The notes below the pieces were generated by a model. The model saw only the letters and a list, made by a program, of their open reading frames with translations. It had not been told where the DNA came from and searched no databases. A stretch of DNA of 64,000 bases from an uncultured Spirochaetales bacterium (GTDB lineage: Bacteria > Spirochaetota > Spirochaetia > JABEVK01), in contig CAZUXL010000002.1 of the NCBI GenBank assembly GCA_964624355.1, positions 37,485-101,484 of the forward strand, written 5' to 3'. The position numbers and the translations under genes were made by a program. Shown here piece by piece: positions 29,620 to 39,609 of the stretch (the first letter of the stretch is position 1; each line of letters opens with the position of its first letter).

Positions 29620-30443
29620 TCACTGGGGCAGTTCCTCCTGGAGATTTGGTTGCATCTTTGAAAAATCCCAACGGTTTCTATCCAAAAGATGTTCCGGAAC
29701 CGTATTTTGTAGGGATCGGAAGATGTTTTCTACCCGTCCGGGAATTTTACTCCAGTCCCGGAGCATGAGTTTGATCACCTGGCGCTGGAGATCCGGCTGG
29801 CTGCCGCAAAGATTACAGGGGATGATGGGAAAATTCCTATCCTGGGCGTATTGCTCCAAATCCTCTTCCTTACAGTAAGCCAGGGGACGGATCACCGTGT
29901 TGCGCCCATCGTCGCTGCGAAGCTTGGGGGCCATGGCCTTGAGTTTACCCCCGTAAAAAAGGTTCAGAAAGAAAGTTTCTAAAATATCCTCCCGGTGGTG
30001 ACCCAGGGCTATTTTATTGGCCCCCATGTCCACTGCCGCCTGGTAGAGAGCCCCACGGCGCAACCGGGAACACAGACTGCAAGTGGTTTTCCCCTCGGGA
30101 ATGAGACGCTGAACCACGGAGTACGTATCTTGTTCCAGGATACGGTAAGAAACCCCGAGGGTTCCAGGTACTCTGGAAGAATATGGGAGGGGAAACCCGG
30201 TTGTTTTTGGTCCAGGTTCACCGCAATAATTTCAAAATTTCGAGGGAAATTTCTTTTGATGCTAAGCATAAGATCTAAAAGGCCAAAACTATCCTTTCCC
30301 CCGGAAAGGCAGACCATGACCTTGTCTCCCTCTTGAATCATGTCAAAGTCCAGAAGGGCATCCTGTACATTGTGGCGCAGCCTCTTAGCCAGTTTATCCG
30401 CTTCGAATTTTTCTTTTTTAAGTTTTTGGGGGGAAGAGATCAT
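29620..30443 (-). pseudogene. ttcA: tRNA 2-thiocytidine(32) synthetase TtcA, split by a -1 frameshift near 30162
   Basis: N-terminal ORF carries the PP-loop CLSGGKDS and ...[20 protein letters not shown]-terminal ORF carries LGVSYRI...[17 protein letters not shown]...CNLCGSQ. The two frames join perfectly if one A is restored in the ggaa(a)ccc run. Confidence 0.8.
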
Positions 30444-30498
30444 GGGGTCATTTTAGGAATCCTCGGACTTTGGGTCAACTGATTGACTTGGAAACTTT

Positions 30499-31503
30499 CT
30501 AAAAAGGAGCGGTTAGGGTCCACAAAGTTCCGGAGTCGCCGCTGAGGGTAAGCCGGGCATCCAGCTGTTGGATTAATATTTTGACTAAAAGGGTTCCCAA
30601 TCCTTTACTGGATTCTAAAAGCGTTCTATCGAAAGTCCCATTGTCTTCTATGGTGACGATCCAATGGGTGGGGGATCGGGATGTGACAATCTTTAAATAT
30701 CCTTCATCCAAGTGGGGAAAGGAGTGCTTAAAAACATTGGTTACCAGTTCATGAACTATCTGTCCACAGGTGAGTACTTTTGAGGCTTCCAGAATAATTG
30801 GTACACCTTCCACAGACCATTTATCCTGCCATTGGTCCGGTAGAAATGAAGCGGCTAAATAACACACAAGTTCCCTTAAAAGGTCTTTCAAATCTACCTT
30901 TGAGGGATGCCAAGTCCCATAGAGTAAATCAAAGAGGTAAGAAAGGGAAACCACTCGATCTCGAATTCTTCCCAATTCTTGGGCGGTTCCAGGTATCATA
31001 GTCTGGGAAATCTGTAGGGAAATCATGGAAGATATCATCTGGAGATTGTTTTTGACCCGATGGTTTAATTCCCGTAAAAGCAGGTCCTTTTCCCTCATGG
31101 CTTCCCGAAGATGACGATCCACAGCTTTTCTTTGGCTGATGTCTGTAAGCATCAGTAGAAGGAAATCCGGGTTGATTTCGCTGCGTCTAAGATCAGCGAG
31201 TACCCATTGAGGTCCCCCCGACCAGTTAATCTTTAATTCCTCAGATTGGATTAGGGAGCTTTTATTCACTCTTTGGATTAAATATTTAAAAATTTCATTG
31301 GAGGCCGCATCTAGTAATTCCCTGAAGTTTGCAGGAAGGCCCTGGGGGGTCAGGAGTCTAAGCAGGGCTTTGTTTGCATTGATGATGAATCCTTGGGAAT
31401 TGAGAACCCCGTAGGGAACCGGTGCCAGATTAAAAAGCTCTTGGGATTCTTCTAAGACTTTGTTCTGGCTTTCGGCTTTCCCATCCATTCTCCAATTATA
31501 CAC
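30499..31503 (-). CDS. Cytoplasmic PAS sensor histidine kinase (HisKA_2 type)
   Basis: PAS-like N-terminus. H-box HRVKNNLQMISSMISLQ (HisKA_2). C-terminal HATPase_c. Confidence 0.75.
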   Translation of the reverse strand: MYNWRMDGKAESQNKVLEESQELFNLAPVPYGVLNSQGFIINANKALLRLLTPQGLPANFRELLDAASNEIFKYLIQRVNKSSLIQSEELKINWSGGPQWVLADLRRSEINPDFLLLMLTDISQRKAVDRHLREAMREKDLLLRELNHRVKNNLQMISSMISLQISQTMIPGTAQELGRIRDRVVSLSYLFDLLYGTWHPSKVDLKDLLRELVCYLAASFLPDQWQDKWSVEGVPIILEASKVLTCGQIVHELVTNVFKHSFPHLDEGYLKIVTSRSPTHWIVTIEDNGTFDRTLLESSKGLGTLLVKILIQQLDARLTLSGDSGTLWTLTAPF

Positions 31504-31526
31504 TTAGGACAGGAACTCGTGCAAAA

Positions 31527-32153
31527 TTATTTTCTACCCCTCCATCGGTATCGAAGGTATGAAATAACACCCAAGGCTAGGAGTACACCCATATAAACGC
31601 TGGTTATCCAAGAATATCTCACGGAACCGGCGGACAATATGTGGATACCCAGGAGCAAAAGGATTACCAGGGACAGACTGTGAAATGCCCGTAAGCCCTT
31701 GTAGGTCCAGCCCCATTTTGCCTGAACCCAGGACCGCAGACCTTTTAAAGCTTTGGCGGGAGCTGGAAAATGATTTCCCATAAAGAGGATGGCGACGATG
31801 GTGATCCAAAGGGAAATATTAAGGGCTAGAAAGCCCGGGAGAGTCTGAAGACTGGGCTCATTCCCTTGGACAAAGGCCTTTAGATACCAGTGACCATGAG
31901 CCGCAGATAAGGCCAAGAGGGCTCCAAGACCGTGAAGTCTATAAAAAGCCTGGGTACCCAGAACTTTATCCACGGCAAAGGGTTTCGAGGATAAAACCAG
32001 TTGGGCAGCAAACCACGTAAAAGCCGCAATTCCCAAAAAAGATGCCCCAGTATAAATATCCAATTCCTGCCAGACCACAGAACCTGTCAAAACACTTATG
32101 AGTATTCCCGGTACGGGAAGAAGTAGATAAAGAGCCAATGCAAACAAGAATTT
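31527..32153 (-). CDS. Ferric-reductase-like heme membrane protein (MsrQ/YedZ-like). Start trimmed to the internal Met.
   Basis: Six TM helices with conserved His pairs (AHGHWY, HSLSLV...GIHIL), as in the ferric reductase transmembrane domain. The longer ORF would overlap the upstream SDR gene. Confidence 0.4.
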   Translation of the reverse strand, partial: KFLFALALYLLLPVPGILISVLTGSVVWQELDIYTGASFLGIAAFTWFAAQLVLSSKPFAVDKVLGTQAFYRLHGLGALLALSAAHGHWYLKAFVQGNEPSLQTLPGFLALNISLWITIVAILFMGNHFPAPAKALKGLRSWVQAKWGWTYKGLRAFHSLSLVILLLLGIHILSAGSVRYSWITSVYMGVLLALGVISYLRYRWRGRK

Positions 32154-32218
32154 CATCAAAACCTCGCAATAAATTATAATCACTTCCAGGTCCGAAAGGA
32201 CAGACCTGATTCCGAGTC

Positions 32219-33034
32219 TCAGGTCACAATCGCCAGAGCTTGTTGGGTCCATTCGTAGAGGAGATCCTGGAGTTCCAGATCTTGAGCGGTTTCACTGGGA
32301 AGAATTTGAATGCCCTCGGACCAATATTCCCCTGTATGCCCCTGCAAGGAAGCCTCGGTGGCGAGATAGACCGAGGTAGCCGCACCCTGGGAAAAGCTCA
32401 GTCCGGTGTCTCTGTTAAAACCGATTTTTAAAATTTTTGTGGGGATGACCCCAGGGTGGAGGGCAAAAACCCCCAAACGTAGGGGATCCGTCATTCTGGC
32501 GAGTTTGAAAGCGTAAAGGGCGTTGGCTAGTTTTGAAGCGGCGTAAGCTTTGTATCCATGGTAATCCTTCTCAGAATTGAGGTCGTCCCAGGGAATGGTT
32601 CCCCTGTTATGGGCCACAGAACTCACCCAGACAAGGCGGGATGGGGCTCCCGCATCCAGGGGTCTCATCAGGTATTCGTTTAGGAGTGCAGGGGCGAGAT
32701 GATTAACTTGCAAGGTGAGTTCCCATCCATCCTCCGAGAGAGTCCGGGTAGGTTGAAACGTACCCGCATTGTGAATGACCACATTTAACTTCGGGTAATT
32801 TTTCGCCAGGTTACGTCCCAAATCCCTCACCTGCTGAAGTTGTGAAAAGTCGGCTAAAACCCCGTTTTCCACCGATCCGGGAATCCGAGATTCCAGGTGT
32901 TCCATACTCTGGTCAAGTTTTTTCTGGGATCGCCCATGAAGAATGACGGAATAGCCCCTTCTACCCAGTACCAGGGCGGTTTCCAGCCCAATTCCATCGG
33001 TGGATCCCGTGACCAGGGCTATTCGTTTTTCCAT
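32219..33034 (-). CDS. Short-chain dehydrogenase/reductase (SDR)
   Basis: TGSTDGIG Rossmann motif. YxxxK region (YAASKLANALY). Confidence 0.8.
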   Translation of the reverse strand: MEKRIALVTGSTDGIGLETALVLGRRGYSVILHGRSQKKLDQSMEHLESRIPGSVENGVLADFSQLQQVRDLGRNLAKNYPKLNVVIHNAGTFQPTRTLSEDGWELTLQVNHLAPALLNEYLMRPLDAGAPSRLVWVSSVAHNRGTIPWDDLNSEKDYHGYKAYAASKLANALYAFKLARMTDPLRLGVFALHPGVIPTKILKIGFNRDTGLSFSQGAATSVYLATEASLQGHTGEYWSEGIQILPSETAQDLELQDLLYEWTQQALAIVT

Positions 33035-33417
33035 CAGCGGAAGGTTCCGTGACCTTCTTTGTTCAAGGCCAGCAGTTCATCCAAGGCCGCTTGGGCTTTA
33101 ATTTTATCGTTGGCTAGACAGGAGGCCACACCCTTCAAGGCTGCGGTGACAAAGGCTCCATTGATCCTATCCCACTCGGTCTTTGTTCCTTTTGGAGGGG
33201 TGTAAATGAGAATTGAACTCTGGCCTTTTGCGAATTGATAAAATTTATCCGCCGCATCCGTGAGCTTGGAGGCGCCTAAATCTGCTTTAACTCCGTTAAG
33301 CAGGGTCACATTCTGACGCATGACTTTAATCACTTCACCCCGGTCGTAGGTCTGGGCGCAGAGGGTCTGGGCGAATACCAACCCGGTCAAAGCGAGGGTG
33401 AGAATCAATTTTTTCAT
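33034..33417 (-). CDS. Small secreted four-helix protein, possibly cytochrome b562-like
   Basis: Signal peptide. Length, helical character and the C-terminal His (KEGHGTFR), together with an early Met, resemble cytochrome b562. This is weak. Confidence 0.3.
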   Translation of the reverse strand: MKKLILTLALTGLVFAQTLCAQTYDRGEVIKVMRQNVTLLNGVKADLGASKLTDAADKFYQFAKGQSSILIYTPPKGTKTEWDRINGAFVTAALKGVASCLANDKIKAQAALDELLALNKEGHGTFR

Positions 33418-33476
33418 ATATTACCTCCTTGGTAATGTTTAACAGAATAATAATTATTTTTTAAAAGTCAAATTAT

Positions 33477-34049
33477 TTAGAACGAATACCGGTAGTTTAA
33501 GCCTAGTCCAGCGTTTTGATAGTTTTTTCCATCCATACCAAAGTAACCGTAGGAGGCATAATTCCATAAGCCTTCGAGACCTAAATGATGACGCTGCTCA
33601 AGTTTTACTTCCATCCCCAAGGCTATTCTTGTATTATGTGCCAGAGCTCGTCCCGAAACTCCTGCTAGAATCCCTTGATTTAAAAGAATGGAATAGGAAA
33701 GGTATGGGAGGAAATTCCCTAGATCTCCCCAGGATTTTTTCCAAAAGTGCTGGAAGGTAAAGCCATAGGAGAAACTCATGAGTCCGGGATTGGAACCGGG
33801 ATGGAGTTCATACCGCAGAAGATTTATACCGAGAAGATAATCTTCACTTAAGTGGTAGTTGTAAGTGATCATACCGCCGTATCCCGGGGCTAAGCCACCG
33901 AAATCATCTTTATAAACATAAACCCCGGAAATTCCTAAGGTAATGCTGCGGTTTAATAGGTCCTCACTGAAGAGCGCATGGCAGGTAGTCATGAAGACTA
34001 GTAGGGTAATCATTGTTTTCATGGTTTGATAATAATACAATTTGAACAA
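33477..34049 (-). CDS. Small outer-membrane beta-barrel protein
   Basis: Signal peptide. Alternating aromatic/hydrophobic pattern. C-terminal ...YRYSF with a terminal Phe. Confidence 0.55.
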   Translation of the reverse strand: MFKLYYYQTMKTMITLLVFMTTCHALFSEDLLNRSITLGISGVYVYKDDFGGLAPGYGGMITYNYHLSEDYLLGINLLRYELHPGSNPGLMSFSYGFTFQHFWKKSWGDLGNFLPYLSYSILLNQGILAGVSGRALAHNTRIALGMEVKLEQRHHLGLEGLWNYASYGYFGMDGKNYQNAGLGLNYRYSF

Positions 34050-34097
34050 AAAGTTTACTATTGTTCAAAAATAAATGAGGGTGTCTTGAATCTCTGT

Positions 34098-34225
34098 TCA
34101 GAGCGAAGCGTCACCCGCCTTGCAGATATGGTGAAGAATGAACAATAAGGCGCCGGGCGGATCAGAGCGAAGCGTCACCCGCCTTGCAGATATGGTGAAG
34201 AATGAACAATAAGGCGCCGGGCGGA
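34098..34225. repeat. Perfect tandem direct repeat, 2 x 64 bp. Each copy ends with the 14 nt 3' end of tRNA-Cys.
   Basis: 34098–34161 and 34162–34225 are identical. The distal 14 nt of each copy (aaggcgccgggcgg) are the complement of the tRNA-Cys 3' acceptor/T-arm end. Confidence 0.9.
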
Positions 34226-34283
34226 TTCGAACCGCCGCATGAAGGTTTTGCAGACCTCTCCCTTACCACTTGGGTACGGCGCC
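34212..34283 (-). tRNA. tRNA-Cys (anticodon GCA), no encoded CCA
   Basis: Acceptor stem GGCGCCG/CGGCGCC. Anticodon loop CUGCAAA. T-arm GGCGG-TTCGAAT-CCGCC. Discriminator U73, typical of tRNA-Cys. Confidence 0.85.
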
Positions 34284-34353
34284 ATGACTTATGTCAAAAA
34301 CAATATAATGAAAAGTTTTCATTATGTCTAGGAGGTTTCTTGTGTGTTTTACC

Positions 34354-34911
34354 TCAGCGTTTAATCAAACTCATAAATTCTTCCCGGGTTTTTTGGTCTT
34401 TGCGGAAGGAACCCAGTACCGAGGAGGTGATCATCTGGGAATGCTGTTTTTCTACCCCTCTCATCATCATACACAGGTGTTTGGCTTCAATAACCACGCC
34501 CACACCCTCCGCGTCCACCGCATCCATGACTGCTTGGGCGATCTGCTCCGTCAGGCGTTCTTGAATCTGCAAACGCCGGGCGAAAAGATCGGCGATACGG
34601 GCAATTTTTGAAATCCCTAAGACTTTATCCTTGGCTATATAACCCACATGGCATTTCCCATAAAAGGGGAGGAGGTGATGCTCGCAAAGGGAAAATATTT
34701 CAATATCTTTCATAATGATCATGTGGTGGGTATGGGAGGCAAAAACCGCTTTATTCAGGATTTCCTGGGGATTTTGACCGTAGCCCTTGGTAAGGTACTC
34801 CCAGGCCTTTGCGGCCCTTCTGGGAGTTCCCAGCAGACCTTCCCTCTGGGGATCCTCACCCAGTTCCACCAATAATTCCCTCATCAGGGCTTCCACCCGT
34901 TCCTGGTTCAA
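34354..34911 (-). CDS. folE: GTP cyclohydrolase I
   Basis: CEHHLLPF and the overall FolE signature. 185 aa. Confidence 0.9.
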   Translation of the reverse strand: MNQERVEALMRELLVELGEDPQREGLLGTPRRAAKAWEYLTKGYGQNPQEILNKAVFASHTHHMIIMKDIEIFSLCEHHLLPFYGKCHVGYIAKDKVLGISKIARIADLFARRLQIQERLTEQIAQAVMDAVDAEGVGVVIEAKHLCMMMRGVEKQHSQMITSSVLGSFRKDQKTREEFMSLIKR

Positions 34912-35312
34912 ATCTTCACCTCTCGATATCGTAATATTTCATAGGATGCCACCACCCCTTCCGGGAGGGCCCAGGGTTTGGCAATTTTTATTCGGAGGGC
35001 TTGAATCAAAGGAAACCTGTCCAGGAGATACCCCGCGGTCTGTTCTGCCAGTGTTTCTAAGAGGTCAAAGGCTGTGGAACTCATCCATTCCTTAAGCTCA
35101 CGGTAGACCAGGGCGTAATCCGTGGTATCTCCCAAGTCTCCGGTTCCTGCGGCCAAGGAAAAATGACCATAAAGGCATAGATCTATGGTGACGGGCTGCG
35201 GTTCCAGTTTTTCTTGGGGGAGGATGCCGATGAGCAGGGGAATCCTCACATTTTCCAATCTAATGTGGTCCCATTTATCCAGTAAAAATTGTTTTTCTTT
35301 TTCAGAATCCAT
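34908..35312 (-). CDS. folB: Dihydroneopterin aldolase
   Basis: About 130 aa FolB-like fold. Translationally coupled to folE by a 4 nt overlap. Confidence 0.6.
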   Translation of the reverse strand: MDSEKEKQFLLDKWDHIRLENVRIPLLIGILPQEKLEPQPVTIDLCLYGHFSLAAGTGDLGDTTDYALVYRELKEWMSSTAFDLLETLAEQTAGYLLDRFPLIQALRIKIAKPWALPEGVVASYEILRYREVKI

Positions 35313-36051
35313 AGAAACCTCCTTTCAGAAATCGCCCGCCATCCACAAAGATTACCTGACCTGTTACAAAGGGACTGTCTAAATAATAGTCCAGGGTTCG
35401 CAGTAAATCTTTGGGATCTCCCATTCGGTTAAGGGGGTTGGTTTTTTCCAAGTTATTCCAGTCTTCTTGGGACATGGTGTCGGGTTTTAGAATCAGTCCG
35501 GGGGCCAATGCGTTGACTCTCCATCCCGGGGCAGTCTCCAGGGCGAGAATCCGGGTTAGGGTGGCTAGTGATCTCTTTGCCAAATGATAGGCCAAGTGAA
35601 ATTTATCATAATCTTCCATCCGGGCATCCAAAAGATTGATCACCAAGCCTTGGGGGGATCTTCTGGCGCATTCTCTTGCGATGATAAACGGGGCAAGGCT
35701 GGTGATCTGGAACTCCCTGTAGGCGTCTTCCGTTTCCAGGGTGTCCCAAGTGCTTTGTTCCCAGCTGGAGGCGCAATTGATCACCAGGGTGGGAAAGGTA
35801 AAAGGAGGTTGGGAATTCCCAAGGGGCCCGAAAATTTTACTTAGTAGTTCCTCCACCCCTTTTGGATGGGCTAGATCTGCTTGGTGAATGCGGACCTCTC
35901 TGCGGAGGGCCTTTATTTCCCCTGCGGTAACCAGGGCATCTTCCTCGGAGTTATGAAAATGTAAATGAACATCCCAACCTAAAGAAGCCAAGTGAAGGGA
36001 AAATTCTCTACCTAATCTCCGGGATCCCCCGGTCACCAAGGCCCAAGACAT
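35302..36051 (-). CDS. SDR family reductase, pteridine-reductase/FolM-like by context
   Basis: TGGSRRLG Rossmann motif. Located in the fol cluster. Overlaps folB by 11 nt. Confidence 0.7.
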   Translation of the reverse strand: MSWALVTGGSRRLGREFSLHLASLGWDVHLHFHNSEEDALVTAGEIKALRREVRIHQADLAHPKGVEELLSKIFGPLGNSQPPFTFPTLVINCASSWEQSTWDTLETEDAYREFQITSLAPFIIARECARRSPQGLVINLLDARMEDYDKFHLAYHLAKRSLATLTRILALETAPGWRVNALAPGLILKPDTMSQEDWNNLEKTNPLNRMGDPKDLLRTLDYYLDSPFVTGQVIFVDGGRFLKGGFYGF

Positions 36052-36055
36052 AATT

Positions 36056-36961
36056 TTAAGAAATAAACTGGTGGAAATCTTCCACCGAGTTCAGTCCATG
36101 GGTCTGGGCATAGGCTAGGATCCCATCGTTTACCTTTTCAGCGGTCCGGGGATCGATGAAAGTAAAGGTTCCCACCTGCACAGCTGAACATCCTGCCAAA
36201 AGATACTGGATGGCATCTTCGGGTTTCTGAATGCCTCCGAGACCAATTATGGGGATTTTTACCGACCTTTTCGCCCTGTAAGCTGCGGCTACTCCCACGG
36301 GAAGGATGGAGGGTCCAGAAAGACCGCCAGTTCCCGCGACGAGGACTGTTTTTTTCCGTTTAATGTCGATGACCATACCCTTCAATGTATTGATGCAAGT
36401 CAGGGCATCGGCCCCTCCGGCTTCCGCCGCCATGGCAATGATCCCGATATCGGTCACATTGGGGGTGAGTTTCACAATCAGCGGTTTTTTTGTTCTGTCC
36501 CGAAGACCCCGGGTGAGCTTTTCCACCATCTCCGGTTCGGTGCCGAAGGCCAGCCCTCCGTGTTTCACATTGGGACAGGAAATATTCAGCTCGTAGCCCC
36601 AAATGCCATCCTGTCCTTCTAACCGCTCCACTACCTCGTAGTAATCTTCTTCTAAACTCCCGGCCACATTTACCACGATGGAGGGACCTAAAAGGGCGAT
36701 GGAGGGAAGCTTTTCCTTTAAAAATACTTCTACCCCCACATTGGCCAGGCCTATGGAATTGATCAGACCTGAAGGAGTTTCTACCAGCCGGGGAGAAGGG
36801 TTCCCCACCCGGGGAGAGGGGGTCACAGCCTTGGTGAAAATAGCCCCAATTTTGGAATAATCCACCAGTCCCTTATATTCGGTTCCATAGCCGAAGGTTC
36901 CCGAGGCTACCCCCACAATTCCGGCCATACTCTGGCCGCGGAGTGAAAATTTTAGTTCCAT
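36056..36961 (-). CDS. pyrD: Dihydroorotate dehydrogenase catalytic subunit (class 1B)
   Basis: GLANVGVE / SIGLAN-type motifs and a TIM-barrel signature. 301 aa. Confidence 0.9.
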   Translation of the reverse strand: MELKFSLRGQSMAGIVGVASGTFGYGTEYKGLVDYSKIGAIFTKAVTPSPRVGNPSPRLVETPSGLINSIGLANVGVEVFLKEKLPSIALLGPSIVVNVAGSLEEDYYEVVERLEGQDGIWGYELNISCPNVKHGGLAFGTEPEMVEKLTRGLRDRTKKPLIVKLTPNVTDIGIIAMAAEAGGADALTCINTLKGMVIDIKRKKTVLVAGTGGLSGPSILPVGVAAAYRAKRSVKIPIIGLGGIQKPEDAIQYLLAGCSAVQVGTFTFIDPRTAEKVNDGILAYAQTHGLNSVEDFHQFIS

Positions 36962-37722
36962 TTGACCACCCTGGAGTCGAAAACCGGTCCCTCGGTACAG
37001 ACCCGGACAATTTTCCTGTGGTCGTTGGTTTCACAGGTACAGCCCATACAGGCCCCTACCATACAAGCCATCACTTCTTCCAAGGAAACCTGACAGGGAC
37101 TGTTTGTTTCCAAGGCCAAAACGTGGGTCGCTTCCAAAAGAACGTGGGGTCCACAGGCGTAATAGGCCGCATCCCCCAAGGGGGGATTATCCCGGAGGTA
37201 CATCAGGGGATTTCCCCTATATCCAAAGGACCCGTCATCGGTGGTGTAAACCACTTCCACTTCTGCAGTAAATTCCAATTCAGGGACAAAAGAATGATTT
37301 CGAAAACCCAGAACAATCAAGGGTTTGAACCCTTTGGCGGCCAGATAATTGGCTAAAAATACCAGTGGACCGGTTCCCACACCCCCAGCCACCAGGATAG
37401 GCCGACTGCCCGGTTTTGGGGGTGTAAATCCAAAACCCCGAGGGCCCAGGACGTCCAAGATTTCCCCCGGTTTATGGGCCGCCAACAGCTCGGTGCCGTG
37501 ACCCCTTTTTTGGAAAATGATACCAGCCTCCAACTTTTCTTTGTCGAAGGAGGAAAGGGCAAAAGGCCGGCGGAGGAGGGGGGCTGTGGAATCCTCAATC
37601 CGAAGGGAGAGGATCTGGCCTGGAAGGGGTACCCGCAGATCCCGAGGCCAGGTGAACCGGGCTTCGTAATAATCCAGGGCGATTTTCTCCAATCGGAGTA
37701 GGGTGGCGGGGAACTGTTTCAT
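36952..37722 (-). CDS. pyrK: Dihydroorotate dehydrogenase electron-transfer subunit (FAD / 2Fe-2S)
   Basis: FNR-like fold. C-terminal Cys cluster CMVGACMGCTCETN. Overlaps pyrD. Confidence 0.8.
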   Translation of the reverse strand: MKQFPATLLRLEKIALDYYEARFTWPRDLRVPLPGQILSLRIEDSTAPLLRRPFALSSFDKEKLEAGIIFQKRGHGTELLAAHKPGEILDVLGPRGFGFTPPKPGSRPILVAGGVGTGPLVFLANYLAAKGFKPLIVLGFRNHSFVPELEFTAEVEVVYTTDDGSFGYRGNPLMYLRDNPPLGDAAYYACGPHVLLEATHVLALETNSPCQVSLEEVMACMVGACMGCTCETNDHRKIVRVCTEGPVFDSRVVKWN

Positions 37723-37761
37723 CGTTTTCCACCATATCTGAAAGTCTTTTATTCTTCAACT

Positions 37762-38820
37762 GTGCCCCAGCCCCTTGATCTCCTTCTGGGGAATTCATAT
37801 TTTCATACCATGGTAATCACAGGACCGGGCTGCGACATTCACCTGGAAAACTACGGGATTCTCATTCCCATTCGAGAAAGTCGTCATCGTAAGACCCTGG
37901 CTTATCTTTTGGACCTCTTTGGTCCTGGGGAATGGCTGGAGGAAATACCCTCCCATCCCTTGGATAGGGAAGCCTTGGAGCTGGTCCATGATAAATCCTT
38001 CCTCTTGAGGTTATTGGAAACCCACACCAGGGAAGAACTGATGCTCACCTATGAACTTCGGGATCCCACCACGGGAGAATTTAACAGGTATTCCCCAGAT
38101 AAAGCTCGTTTGCCCTTGGAAGATCTGCTCCAACGCCTCCTTTGCCAGGGATTTTTAACCCAAGAAACCTGCCGTCGGGCTTTAAAAACCGGATTTGAAT
38201 TTTTTTTAGGCGGGGGAATGCACCATGCCCTTTACGACCGGGGAGCGGGATTCTGCCCGTTTAACGATATTATTGTGGCCATCCGAACCCTGCAGAAGGA
38301 AAAGCTCATAAAGACAGTCTGGGTCGTGGATGTGGATGCCCATAAGGGGGATGGCACCGCCGCCCTTACCCAAGGGGATCCGGATATTTTAACCTTGAGC
38401 ATTCACACCGCCGAGGGCTGGCCCATGGATCAGGCAAAATTCCTTCCAGACGGCCAGCCCAATCCCTGTCATCTTCCCAGCACCGTGGATATTGAAGTGG
38501 GAGCTAGGGAGAATGAGACCTATTTACCCCGGTTACTCCAGGGTTTACAGACTTTGGCAGGCATTTTTATTCCTGATCTAGCGGTGGTTGTTTGTGGGGC
38601 CGATCCTTATGAAGAGGATGAGCTTCCTTCGGCCTCCGGGCTTAAACTCACCTTGGGGAAGATGCTCCAGCGGGATAACCTGGTGTACAATTTTCTCCAA
38701 GAAAAAAAGATACCCCAGGCCTATCTCATGGCGGGGGGGTATGGCGAGCATGTCTGGAAGGTTTATGCGCAATTTTTGGAAGAAAAAATAGGGGAGAAGT
38801 ATGAAAAAAGACACATATGA
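37762..38820 (+). CDS. Histone-deacetylase-family (HDAC/AcuC/AphA-like) deacetylase
   Basis: GGGMHHALYDRGAGFCPFNDI and the metal-binding D...H...D arrangement. Confidence 0.8.
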   Translation: MPQPLDLLLGNSYFHTMVITGPGCDIHLENYGILIPIRESRHRKTLAYLLDLFGPGEWLEEIPSHPLDREALELVHDKSFLLRLLETHTREELMLTYELRDPTTGEFNRYSPDKARLPLEDLLQRLLCQGFLTQETCRRALKTGFEFFLGGGMHHALYDRGAGFCPFNDIIVAIRTLQKEKLIKTVWVVDVDAHKGDGTAALTQGDPDILTLSIHTAEGWPMDQAKFLPDGQPNPCHLPSTVDIEVGARENETYLPRLLQGLQTLAGIFIPDLAVVVCGADPYEEDELPSASGLKLTLGKMLQRDNLVYNFLQEKKIPQAYLMAGGYGEHVWKVYAQFLEEKIGEKYEKRHI

Positions 38821-39595
38821 AGCGGGGTATTTTGAAGACCGCACCCCCTTTGTGACCTTTGGATCCGGAGACCGGCATTTGCTCATCCTCGAAGATCTAC
38901 GGGTGGAACACGATCTTCCCCAGGGATTGGCCTTGCAAGGGCTCCGGGACTCCTGGAAAGATTTGGGTGACCAGCTTAAAATAACCTTGTTGAGCCGCCC
39001 CAAATCCCTTAAAGAGGGCACCACCCAAAAAGATTTTGCCCTGGATGTGGTGACATATCTCCAGGCCTACAACTCTGGGCCTGTGGAAATTTTAGCCCAT
39101 GGAATCTCGGTGGCCACAGCTTTAGAGATCCAGAGATGGAATGCAGACTTAATTTCCAGGTTTTGGTTCGTTTCTGGAACCCCCAAACTTTCAGATTCGG
39201 GAAGAGTTCTTTTTGAGAAACTTCTGGAGGCTGGCAGACGGCATCAATGGAGTAAGGTTCACCGAATTTTAGCGGGAACCATGTTCAAAAGTCCTTGGGG
39301 GAAGGCCCTTGGGGGTGCCCTGGCGGCTCTTTTTGCCTCGGATCTGGGAAAACCGGAAAATCCCTGGGATTTCTTAGTCACCCTGCAGGCCGTAATGTCC
39401 TGGGATCCCCAGCCCCGGGAACTGGATGTTCCCATGAATATTTGGGTGGGTATGAGCGATCCCCTTTACCAGAGTGAGGATTGGGATAGTTGGCTGGATG
39501 TAAATCCCAGCGGGGTTTTGGAAATGAGGGATGAATCCCACGGTCTGATGAAGGTGATGGGGGATGAGATCCGTGCAGGAATCCTAAGAGGTTAA
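38801..39595 (+). CDS. Putative alpha/beta-hydrolase-fold protein, overlapping the deacetylase gene by 20 nt
   Basis: Nucleophile-elbow-like AHGISVA. Overall length of about 260 aa. No strong motif. Confidence 0.35.
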   Translation: MKKDTYEAGYFEDRTPFVTFGSGDRHLLILEDLRVEHDLPQGLALQGLRDSWKDLGDQLKITLLSRPKSLKEGTTQKDFALDVVTYLQAYNSGPVEILAHGISVATALEIQRWNADLISRFWFVSGTPKLSDSGRVLFEKLLEAGRRHQWSKVHRILAGTMFKSPWGKALGGALAALFASDLGKPENPWDFLVTLQAVMSWDPQPRELDVPMNIWVGMSDPLYQSEDWDSWLDVNPSGVLEMRDESHGLMKVMGDEIRAGILRG

Positions 39596-39609
39596 TCCGT
39601 GCTTTTCCC

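Noticed and set aside
32153-32252. The 33-codon N-terminal extension of the MsrQ-like ORF that overlaps the upstream SDR gene
   Set aside because: The extension has no membrane-protein character and would overlap the SDR gene by 34 nt. The internal Met immediately precedes the first TM helix.
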